A DNA stretch of 19,758 bases from assembly GCA_040220235.1 (NCBI GenBank), contig JAVJTO010000142.1; one strand, written 5' to 3'. Positions 1 through 7,997 of this stretch are shown one piece after another. This DNA is from Coleofasciculus sp. B1-GNL1-01. Its GTDB lineage: Bacteria > Cyanobacteriota > Cyanobacteriia > Cyanobacteriales > Coleofasciculaceae. A program made the translations under genes and the position numbers. Each line of letters opens with the position of its first letter. The first letter of the stretch is position 1. The notes below the pieces were generated by a model that had not been told where the DNA came from, did no database searches, and was given only the letters and a program-made list of their open reading frames with translations.

Positions 1-720
1 CCAAGATATTATTTTACAAGGTTTAGAGAACGTACAGTTAACTAACGGCAGTGAAATATCAGCATCCACCCAAACCGGAACAGCCGGAAGTCTCAGCATT
101 AATGCAGGTGAAAATCCCGTTGATTCGGTATCTGTCAACAATAGTCGCCTATCGGTGGAAGCCACTGGTGAAGGCGGTAAGGCTGGGGGAGTGACGATAA
201 ATACCGAACAGTTAAGCTTGAATGCGCGATCGCAGCTATCAGCCTCCAACATTTCTGGTGAGAGCCAAGACATTATTTTACAAGGCTTAGAGAACTTAGA
301 GCTTACCAACGGCAGTGAAATATCAGCCTCGACACAGACAGGAACAGCCGGAAGTCTCAGTATTAATGCAGGTGAAAATCCGGTTGAGTCGGTATCTGTA
401 AGCAATAGTAATCTATCCGTTGCGGCTACTGGTGAAGGTGGGAAAGCTGGGGGGGTGACGATAAATACCGAACAGTTAAACTTGAATGCGCGATCGCAAC
501 TCTCAGCTTCCAACATTTCTGGTGTTAGCCAAGATATTAGTTTACAAGGCTTAGAGAACTTAGAGCTTACCAACGGCAGTGAAATATCAGCCTCGACTCA
601 AAGCGGTAAAGCCGGAAGCTTAAACGTCAATGCGACTGAATCTGTAGACTTAACCGGAGTAGGTGGTTTATCCGTTGCAGCCACAGGTGAGGGGGGTATA
701 GCTGGTGACTTAACCGTGAA
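1..720 (+). repeat. 264-bp (88 aa) intragenic tandem repeat, about 2.7 copies visible
   Basis: The unit start ccaagaYatt...tttacaaggYttagagaac recurs at 1, 265 and 529 (period 264). HIP1 sits at equivalent positions 226 and 490. The third copy diverges after about 630. Confidence 0.92.
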
Positions 721-1588
721 CACTCGTCAAATGTCTGTCCGAGATGGCGCAGCCGTAACCGTCAGCAGTCCCTTTGGACAAGCCGGAAACCTAACCATCC
801 AGGCGGATTCCCTAATTCTCGACCAAGGTCAACTCACCGCCGAAACGGGCTTCAGTGGTATTGAAGGCGGTGCAAATATCCGTCTTTCAGACTTAAACAC
901 CCTACTCATGACCAATGAAAGCCGCATCTCTGCCAAAGCCTCCGGTGATGCCAATGGCGGTAATATTGACATTAATACCACTTTCCTCATTGCCCAACCT
1001 CCAGAAGGTGTAAACGGGAGTGATATCATCGCCAGTGCTGAACGGGGCGACGGCGGACGCATCACTATCACGGGTGAAGGTATCTTTGGTATCCAAGAAC
1101 GCCCAGCCATTGATGGCAATCGCACCAACGATATTGATGCAAGTTCCCAATTTGGCGCACCGGGAGAAGTAGAACTCAACGCCCCCCTTGACCCCAATCG
1201 CGGACTTATCGAACTTCCCAGCACCTTCGTTGACCCCACTGGACAAATTAACCGAAGCTGTGCCGTCGTAACCGAGAATGGCGTCAACTCCTTTATTGTC
1301 ACGGGACGCGGCGGCTTACCCCTTAGCCCCGATGAAGTCCTTCCCCCCGATACCGTCGTGGAAGATTTAGGCACCTTGGTGAGTCATCCAGGAACATCAG
1401 CACACCCAGAGGCGGAAACGATGGAGAATCTCTCCCTGTCTAATCCTCAACCACCTAAGCAAATTATCGAAGCCCAAGGCTGGATAAAGACAGCCGATGG
1501 ACAAATTATTCTAGTTGCGGAAGTCCCGCCCACCAATTATCAGGAGAACTGGCAAAATCCAACTCATTGTGTCGCAACAGATGAGTGA
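1..1588 (+). CDS. Filamentous haemagglutinin-family (TpsA-like) exoprotein, 5'-truncated by the window edge
   Basis: The frame is open from position 2 (caa gat att...) to TGA 1586-1588, so the GTG at 155 is internal. G/S/T/N-rich beta-helix repeats (GKAGGVTINT, GNLTIQA, GGNIDINT) and the C-terminal motif FIVTGRGGLP...IIEAQGW...GQIILV typical of cyanobacterial FHA-family proteins. Confidence 0.88.
   Translation, partial: QDIILQGLENVQLTNGSEISASTQTGTAGSLSINAGENPVDSVSVNNSRLSVEATGEGGKAGGVTINTEQLSLNARSQLSASNISGESQDIILQGLENLELTNGSEISASTQTGTAGSLSINAGENPVESVSVSNSNLSVAATGEGGKAGGVTINTEQLNLNARSQLSASNISGVSQDISLQGLENLELTNGSEISASTQSGKAGSLNVNATESVDLTGVGGLSVAATGEGGIAGDLTVNTRQMSVRDGAAVTVSSPFGQAGNLTIQADSLILDQGQLTAETGFSGIEGGANIRLSDLNTLLMTNESRISAKASGDANGGNIDINTTFLIAQPPEGVNGSDIIASAERGDGGRITITGEGIFGIQERPAIDGNRTNDIDASSQFGAPGEVELNAPLDPNRGLIELPSTFVDPTGQINRSCAVVTENGVNSFIVTGRGGLPLSPDEVLPPDTVVEDLGTLVSHPGTSAHPEAETMENLSLSNPQPPKQIIEAQGWIKTADGQIILVAEVPPTNYQENWQNPTHCVATDE
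1301..1588 (+). repeat. Copy 1 of a 288-bp direct repeat (3' end of first TpsA-like gene)
   Basis: Aligns without gaps to 4264-4551; about 26 mismatches by hand count. Confidence 0.95.
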
Positions 1589-1638
1589 CGGATGTCATAA
1601 AAAGTTCATATTAGGTATATGCCAATATAATTTGAACG

Positions 1639-4551
1639 ATGCGAAAGATAACGGGTTACACTTCAATTCTGAGCAGTCTATCGGTTACTATTTTGACGAG
1701 TTTGAGTCCAGTTTCCGCTCAAATTGTGCCGGATAATACACTTCCGGTCAATTCCCAGGTGACAGGGTGTCCGGTTTGCCTGATTGAAGGGGGAACAGTG
1801 CAGGGAGTGAATCTGTTCCATAGTTTTGAAGAGTTTTCGGTACAGACGGGGGGAGAGGCATTTTTTAATAATGGGTTGGATATTGAGAATATTTTGGGGC
1901 GGGTGACGGGGACTAATATTTCGGATATTGATGGCTTGATTCGCGCAAATGGCACGGCGAATCTGTTTTTAATTAATCCCAATGGAATTGTTTTTGGGAA
2001 GAATGCTCGATTGAATATTGGCGGTTCCTTTGTCGCGTCCACAGCTAATGCAATTGGTTTTGGCAATCAAGGCATTTTTAGTGCAACTGAACCCGATGCT
2101 CCACCTTTACTCACTGTTAGCCCGGATGCATTTTTCTTCAATCAAACGACTTCTGGGGATATCGAAAACCACTCAATTTCACCCGCAGGTGTTAACCTTT
2201 TGGCAGAACCGCTCAAGGGCTTACGAGTTGCCGATGGTCATAGCTTATTATTGCTTGGTGGAGACATTGCCATCAACGGAGGCGGATTAAATGCTTTAGG
2301 GGGTCGAGTTGAATTAATCGGTTTAGCTGCTCCTGGTAGAGTTGCGCTGAATGTGGATGGTAATCATCTCAGTTTAAATGTTCCCGATGATTTAGCACGA
2401 GCAGATATTTCACTGACTAATGAAGCCATTGTCAATACCAGTGGTGAGGGAGGTGGTGAAATTCAAGTTTGGGGTAGGCGCATAATGCTCAAAGAGGGTT
2501 CCCAGATACTCGCGACTACTTTGGGTTCAGAAGCTGGCAAGGGGATAACAGTGGATGCTTCTGAGTCGATTGAACTGATAGGAACTGGATTTGAAAGCTT
2601 TGAACAAACGTTTATAGCAGGTAGTTTATCTGGACAACTTCGTCCCTTTAATCCTGGTACTGGCTTGTTTACTGGTGCAGTGGGTGAGGGTTTAGGGGGA
2701 ACTATTGAGATTAACACTAAGCAGCTAAAGCTTCGAGATGGAGCGATTATATTTAGTCCGACATTTGGTCAGGGTAGTGGGGAAAATCTTAGCGTTCGCG
2801 CTTGGGAATCTGTGGAATTGATTGGTTCTGGTTTGGTTACTTCAACTGTAAAGGATGCAACTGGAGCAGCCGGAAATATCACCATTAACACTCGACAATT
2901 GATTGTTCGGGATGGAGCAGTCGTTGCCGCCGTTACCTTTGGTAAGGGAGCGGGGGGAGAAATAGCTATTAATGCCTCCGAATCTGTAGAAGTATTAGAA
3001 AGTCCAACTGAGGCACTGGTTCCTACAGGAATATTTGCTAACACTATCGGAGGTACTGGAGCAGCAGGTGGCATGACAATTGACACTGAACGGTTAATTG
3101 TCCAAGGTGGGGCGCAGATAGCAACTCAAAGTGGGTTACTCTTTTTGGGATATACAAAAGGGGGGGAAGGAGGTAATTTGATCATTAGAGCCTCCGAGCT
3201 TGTAGAAGTAAGCGGTATTTCAACTGATAATCGTTTTAACAGTGGCATTTATAGTGGAACGGATACGTCCTCCCGAGGTGGTCATTTAACAATAATCGCT
3301 CCCTTATTACTACTAAAAAACAATGCAATAGTGACGGCTAGAACTTTGGGGACAGGACAAGGTGGTAACTTAATGATTAGCACTCAGGCGTTGCGAATTA
3401 ATCAAGGGCAGATCACTACTGATACTTTAGATTCTGGACAAGGGGGAAATTTGAGAGTGACAGTCTCCGAAGTTATACAACTGATGGACACACAAACCGA
3501 TGTACAAGTGTTTGAAATTTTGACTGTCGAGGAAAAATCAGGAGATGTAATTGTGGCGACTGTCTCTAGTGATCAATTTTTTGATGGCTTGTCTGCTTCG
3601 AGTTTAGGATCAGGAAATGCAGGAAATGTTATAGTAGCCACTCCCTTATTAATTATCGAAGATGGGTCAGGTATTAGTGTTAATAGCAGCGGTTTAGGAG
3701 CTGCTGGAACTGTAGAAATTGAGGCAGGTTCGGTGCAACTCCAAAATGGCTTGATTACATCAAGGACAACATCTGGCAACGGCGGTAACCTGACCCTATA
3801 CATTGAAGACATTTTATTGTTACGTGATGGTAGTCAGATTTCCAGCACCGCAGGCACTGCTCAAGCTGGTGGAGATGGCGGTAATATCACGATTAATGCT
3901 GGTGTTATCGCTGCTATTCCCAATGAAAATAGTGATATCACCGCCAATGCCTTTTCCGGACAGGGAGGTAACATCACCATCACTACTCAAGGCTTATACA
4001 ATTTCGCCATCCGTAGCCGTGAAGAAATACAAGCTTTACTTAAAACCGATGACCTCAGCCAATTTGATCCCAGCCAACTCCTCTCTAACGACATTAGCGC
4101 CATCTCTCAAACCTCTACTCAACTAAGTCGAATTCCCACGCTGAACTTGCAAGGAATTGACCCAGTAGGAGGACTCGTGGAACTACCAACAGATTTTGTT
4201 GACGTGACTAGATTAGTTTCACAAAATCTGTGTTTTGCCACGCAGGACAGTGAATTTATAATTACCGGACGCGGCGGCTTACCCCTTAGCCCCGATGAAG
4301 TCCTCCCGCCCGATACCGTTGTTGAAGATTTAGGCACACTGGTGAGTCATCCCGGAACATCAGCACACCCAGACGCCGAGACGATGGAGAATCTCTCTGT
4401 ATCTAATACTCAACCACCTAAGCAAATTATCGAAGCCCAAGGCTGGATAAAGACACCCGATGGACAAATTATTCTAGTTGCGGAAGTCCCGCCCACCAAT
4501 TATCAGGGAAACTTGCAAAATCCTGTCCATTGTGTCGCAACAGATGAATAG
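1639..4551 (+). CDS. Filamentous haemagglutinin-family (TpsA-like) exoprotein with N-terminal haemagglutination-activity/TPS secretion domain
   Basis: 970-aa ORF. Signal-peptide-like N-terminus (...PVSA/QIVPD); TPS-domain motifs NLFHSF, ANLFLINPNGIVFG, LNIGGSFVAST; beta-helix repeats; C-terminal ITGRGGLP...EAQGW motif. Confidence 0.92.
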   Translation: MRKITGYTSILSSLSVTILTSLSPVSAQIVPDNTLPVNSQVTGCPVCLIEGGTVQGVNLFHSFEEFSVQTGGEAFFNNGLDIENILGRVTGTNISDIDGLIRANGTANLFLINPNGIVFGKNARLNIGGSFVASTANAIGFGNQGIFSATEPDAPPLLTVSPDAFFFNQTTSGDIENHSISPAGVNLLAEPLKGLRVADGHSLLLLGGDIAINGGGLNALGGRVELIGLAAPGRVALNVDGNHLSLNVPDDLARADISLTNEAIVNTSGEGGGEIQVWGRRIMLKEGSQILATTLGSEAGKGITVDASESIELIGTGFESFEQTFIAGSLSGQLRPFNPGTGLFTGAVGEGLGGTIEINTKQLKLRDGAIIFSPTFGQGSGENLSVRAWESVELIGSGLVTSTVKDATGAAGNITINTRQLIVRDGAVVAAVTFGKGAGGEIAINASESVEVLESPTEALVPTGIFANTIGGTGAAGGMTIDTERLIVQGGAQIATQSGLLFLGYTKGGEGGNLIIRASELVEVSGISTDNRFNSGIYSGTDTSSRGGHLTIIAPLLLLKNNAIVTARTLGTGQGGNLMISTQALRINQGQITTDTLDSGQGGNLRVTVSEVIQLMDTQTDVQVFEILTVEEKSGDVIVATVSSDQFFDGLSASSLGSGNAGNVIVATPLLIIEDGSGISVNSSGLGAAGTVEIEAGSVQLQNGLITSRTTSGNGGNLTLYIEDILLLRDGSQISSTAGTAQAGGDGGNITINAGVIAAIPNENSDITANAFSGQGGNITITTQGLYNFAIRSREEIQALLKTDDLSQFDPSQLLSNDISAISQTSTQLSRIPTLNLQGIDPVGGLVELPTDFVDVTRLVSQNLCFATQDSEFIITGRGGLPLSPDEVLPPDTVVEDLGTLVSHPGTSAHPDAETMENLSVSNTQPPKQIIEAQGWIKTPDGQIILVAEVPPTNYQGNLQNPVHCVATDE
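4264..4551 (+). repeat. Copy 2 of the 288-bp direct repeat (3' end of second TpsA-like gene)
   Basis: Ungapped match to 1301-1588; proteins differ at 7 of 95 residues. Confidence 0.95.
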
Positions 4552-4609
4552 TAGAGATTCACATCTTGCGCTATTCAAAAGTAACCGTAGGGGCGCACCG
4601 ACGTGCCTC

Positions 4610-4822
4610 CGTGTCAACTTAAAAAACCCCCTCACCCCCAGCCCCTCTCCCACCAGGGGAGAGGGGAGCAAGAAGGAAGAAGGAAGAAGGAAGCGGTATT
4701 CCAGATGTGATGACACAAGCGTTCTCATGTGATGTTTCCCCTTCTCCCTTGATGGGAGAAGGGGTTAGGGGATGAGGGTGAAAAGCTCCCCCTATCGCAC
4801 TTTTGGCGCTTAAGTTGATGCG
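4610..4822. mobile_element. MITE-like element containing two inverted palindromic repeats and an AAGAAGG heptamer tract
   Basis: Imperfect terminal inverted repeats cgtgtcaacttaa (4610-4622) / ttaagttgatgcg (4810-4822). Internal ccctcacccccagcccctctccc-N-ggggagagggg (4629-4666) and an inverted relative (4738-4778). No transposase. Confidence 0.6.
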
Positions 4823-4923
4823 GATGACTAACGTGCGTCCTTTGCCAACGTGCATCCAGAAAACCTTACCCAACCCAATCAATTTAGATTAAATCCCTAT
4901 CCCAACCATTCCAACTGAATACC

Positions 4924-7900
4924 ATGGTGAAAAAACGGTCTATATTACCAAATCTGCGGCAAATTATACCAATACTGATAAGCTGTTATGCATTTAAATT
5001 AAATAGGAGTAGCGAGCAAGATGCTCGCACTCCAAAAATTACCCCATTATTGAAATTAAACTTTAAAAGCCGAACAGCTTACCCTTGGTGTTCGTGGCGA
5101 GTTCTCAAATACCTCAGTTTAGGACTCACCACCACCCTACTCATTCTATTTTTATCCCTAACCCTTTCGCCCACCGCCGCCTCAATCCCACCCCAGCGTC
5201 TCATCAATTCTGTCCCCATTGACACACCTCCCGTTTCATCCCCACTCCTCAGCCAATCCTCCCATAACACCCCTCAACTCGTGCAACAGGGTAGAGACTC
5301 CTATCACATTGGAGAATATACCCAAGCCATCACCCTCTGGCAACAAGCCGCTGACACATTTGCCAGCCAAGGCGATACCTTCAACCAAGCCCTAATCCTA
5401 AGTAACCTCGCCTTAGCCTATCAAAAAATCGGACAATGGACTGAAGCCAACCAAGCTATCGCCACCAGTCTCCAGATTCTCCAAAAGGCAAACTGTGGGA
5501 ATGACCTCTCCCCCAGCCCCTCTCCTGATTGCTTACAAGTCCTCGCCCCCATACTCAACACCCAAGCCAACCTGCAACTCGCCCAAGGAAACTACAACCA
5601 AGCCCTGATCACCTGGGAACAAGCCGCCAACCTCTATCACCACCTCAACGATACCCCTAACTTCATCGGTAGCGTGATTAATCAAGCCCACACCCTCCGC
5701 GTCCAGGGATACTACCGCCGCGCCTATAACACCTTAGAACAAGTCCGGCAAACCCTAGACAATCAACCCGACTCCCTAACCAAAGCCGCTGGCTTACGGT
5801 CAATCGCTGACCTCCTCCACCTCCTCGGTCAAACCGACTCCGCCAGCCAAACCTTAAGCCAAAGTTTAGCCATCGCCCGACGCCTACAATCCCCCACGGA
5901 AATCACATCGACCCTGATCAGCTTAGGCAACAATGCCCGGTCTCAACAACAGATTCGCCAAGCCCTAACCTATTACCAAGAAGCCGCCACCACCGCCCCT
6001 TCCGCCTCCTCCCGATTCCAAGCCCAAGTCAATCAATTCAGTCTCCTCGTCACCACTCAACAACTCAGCCAAGCCCGCACCCTCTGGACACAACTCCAAT
6101 CCCAACTCCCGCATCTCCCCCTCAGCCACACCACGATTTATGCCCAAATTAACCTCGCCCAAACCCTCAACCGCCTGCGCCAGATTTCCCCGAACGCCGC
6201 GCCCCAATTATCCGAAATCGCCCAATCCCTCGCCACTACCGTTCAACAAGCAAAGGAACTCAATGACCTCCAAGCCGAATCCTACGCTCTAGGTTATCTA
6301 GGAACTCTTTACGAAACGTCCAAACAGTGGTATAATTCCCAAGACCTAACCCAACAAGCCCTCACCCTTGCCCAAAAAATTAACGCTCCAGAACTAATCT
6401 ACCGTTGGCAATGGCAATTAGCACGCCTGCACAAAGTTCAGGGAAACAGGAATGATGCGATCGCAGCTTACACCGAAGCCGTTTCTGCCCTCCAATCCTT
6501 ACGCCGAGACATCGCTGCTGTCAACCCAGACCTGCAATTTTCATTTCGCGATAGTATCGAACCCCTCTATCGCCAATTCGTCGCCTTACTTCTGACTCAG
6601 GACGATCAGGAACAGACACAGACACTCAGGGCGGGTTTTGAACCAATGTTATCATCTATATCCAACAGAAAGTTCCTAAACCCGCCCCTACAGGATGATC
6701 AGGAACAGACACAGACACTCAGGGCGGGTTTCGTACCAACGTTATCATCCATCGCGAAAGGCAAATCCCTAAACCCGCCCCTACAGAAAAATAATGGCAC
6801 GTCTCTACATTCCTCCAATCCCCAATCCCCAATCCCCAACCACCTAAAACAAGCCCGTCAACTGATTGAAGCCCTACAAGTCGCAGAACTAAATAACTTC
6901 TTTCAACAAGCCTGCTTAGACGCCCCCACCCTCAACGTTGACCAAGTAGACCAAACCGCCGCCGTTATTTACCCAATCATCCTCAACAACCGCTTAGATG
7001 TCATCCTCAGCTTACCCGGTTCTCCCCTCCAGCATTACAGTACCCCCGTCTCCGCAGCCAAACTCACCGAAATTAGCGATCGCCTGCAACAAGCCCTCTA
7101 CCAAGATCCCTTGCGTCGCGGTATTTTCAGCACCGACACCCTATTACCCCTCGCCCAACAACTCTACGACTGGCTTATCCGTCCGGCTGAATCGGCGATC
7201 GCGGCTAGCCATGTCCAAACCCTCGTCTTTATCCCCGATGGCGTACTGCGAAACCTGCCCATGACAATTCTCCACGACGGTCAGCATTATCTGATTGAAA
7301 ACTATAGTATTAGCCTCAATCCCGGTTTACAACTCCTCGACCCCAAACCCTTACCCGAAACCCAGCTAAAAGCCCTCACCGCTGGACTCACCGAAGCCCG
7401 CCCCAACTTCCCGCCCCTAGAAAACGTCACTCTGGAACTTAACCAAATCCAAGCCACTTTACCCAGTGAAATCCTCTTAGATCAAGACTTTACCAGCACC
7501 CGTTTAAAAGATCAGTTAACTCGTACCGAGTTTCCCATCGTTCACCTCGCCACTCATGGTCAATTCAGTTCCAACGCCGAAGACACCTTTATCCTCGCCT
7601 ATGATCGCCCCCTGAATGTCCACGAATTAGGCGAACTGCTGCGCCGCCGTACCCAAGCGGGTCAAAGCGGGATTGAACTGTTTGTCCTTAGCGCTTGTCA
7701 AACCGCTGCAGGTGATGATCGCGCCACTCTGGGACTCGCTGGTGTTGCCATTCAAGCTGGCGCACGCAGTACATTAGCAACGTTATGGTCTGTAAGTGAT
7801 CGAGCTACCGCCGAATTTATGAAAGAATTCTATCAGAAATTAATTGAAACGAATAGTAGCAAAGCCGAAGCCCTGCGTTATGCTCAACGCCACTTTCTTG

Positions 7901-7965
7901 ACCATCCAGATTTCCACCATCCTTTTTTCTGGTCACCTTATATCTTAGTGGGAAATTGGTTATAA
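4924..7965 (+). CDS. TPR-repeat CHAT-domain (caspase-like, HetF-associated) peptidase
   Basis: 1013-aa ORF with a hydrophobic N-terminal segment (LSLGLTTTLLILFLSLTL), TPR-like helical repeats, and CHAT motifs LVFIPDGVLRNLP, VHLATHG (catalytic His), VLSACQT (catalytic Cys), TLWSVSD and FFWSPYILVGNW. Exact start uncertain. Confidence 0.92.
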   Translation: MVKKRSILPNLRQIIPILISCYAFKLNRSSEQDARTPKITPLLKLNFKSRTAYPWCSWRVLKYLSLGLTTTLLILFLSLTLSPTAASIPPQRLINSVPIDTPPVSSPLLSQSSHNTPQLVQQGRDSYHIGEYTQAITLWQQAADTFASQGDTFNQALILSNLALAYQKIGQWTEANQAIATSLQILQKANCGNDLSPSPSPDCLQVLAPILNTQANLQLAQGNYNQALITWEQAANLYHHLNDTPNFIGSVINQAHTLRVQGYYRRAYNTLEQVRQTLDNQPDSLTKAAGLRSIADLLHLLGQTDSASQTLSQSLAIARRLQSPTEITSTLISLGNNARSQQQIRQALTYYQEAATTAPSASSRFQAQVNQFSLLVTTQQLSQARTLWTQLQSQLPHLPLSHTTIYAQINLAQTLNRLRQISPNAAPQLSEIAQSLATTVQQAKELNDLQAESYALGYLGTLYETSKQWYNSQDLTQQALTLAQKINAPELIYRWQWQLARLHKVQGNRNDAIAAYTEAVSALQSLRRDIAAVNPDLQFSFRDSIEPLYRQFVALLLTQDDQEQTQTLRAGFEPMLSSISNRKFLNPPLQDDQEQTQTLRAGFVPTLSSIAKGKSLNPPLQKNNGTSLHSSNPQSPIPNHLKQARQLIEALQVAELNNFFQQACLDAPTLNVDQVDQTAAVIYPIILNNRLDVILSLPGSPLQHYSTPVSAAKLTEISDRLQQALYQDPLRRGIFSTDTLLPLAQQLYDWLIRPAESAIAASHVQTLVFIPDGVLRNLPMTILHDGQHYLIENYSISLNPGLQLLDPKPLPETQLKALTAGLTEARPNFPPLENVTLELNQIQATLPSEILLDQDFTSTRLKDQLTRTEFPIVHLATHGQFSSNAEDTFILAYDRPLNVHELGELLRRRTQAGQSGIELFVLSACQTAAGDDRATLGLAGVAIQAGARSTLATLWSVSDRATAEFMKEFYQKLIETNSSKAEALRYAQRHFLDHPDFHHPFFWSPYILVGNWL
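4979..5081. mobile_element. 99-bp MITE-like insertion flanked by TA, inside the 5' end of the CHAT ORF
   Basis: Left end taagctgttatgcatttaaatt versus reverse complement of right end taagctgttcggcttttaaagt (18/22). Internal palindrome ggagtagcgagcaagatgctcgcactcc. Confidence 0.65.
6598..6786 (+). repeat. Two in-frame 93-bp (31 aa) units, each carrying a REP-like palindrome agggcgggttt-N39-aaacccgcccctac
   Basis: Units 6598-6690 and 6691-6783 encode QDDQEQTQTLRAGF...LNPPL twice. The arms match the intergenic palindrome arm at 10023. Confidence 0.9.
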
Positions 7966-7997
7966 AAATTGGTCATTTCTCCTGTATCATACAGTCG

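Noticed and set aside
155..157. GTG start of the first ORF
   Set aside because: The frame is open to the window start and continues the same 88-aa repeat, so the true start is upstream.
829..4337. Antisense and alternate-frame ORFs within the TpsA-like genes
   Set aside because: Shadow ORFs of repetitive Gly/Ser/Thr-rich coding sequence with no recognisable motifs.
1301..4551. DGR template/variable repeat pair
   Set aside because: Mismatches are largely synonymous and not adenine-specific, both copies are coding 3' ends, and there is no reverse transcriptase in the window.
4474..4882. Short ORFs of 84-87 aa on both strands
   Set aside because: They are translations of palindromic and heptamer repeats overlapping the TpsA 3' end.
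498..6456. Absence of HIP1 as evidence of horizontal transfer
   Set aside because: A gap of similar order (about 11846-16216) occurs among core-like genes, so the signal is not discriminating.
6598..6786. Mini CRISPR array (constant segments with 39-nt variable parts)
   Set aside because: The variable parts are homologous to each other (27 of 39 identical), lie between inverted arms inside an ORF, and no cas genes are present.
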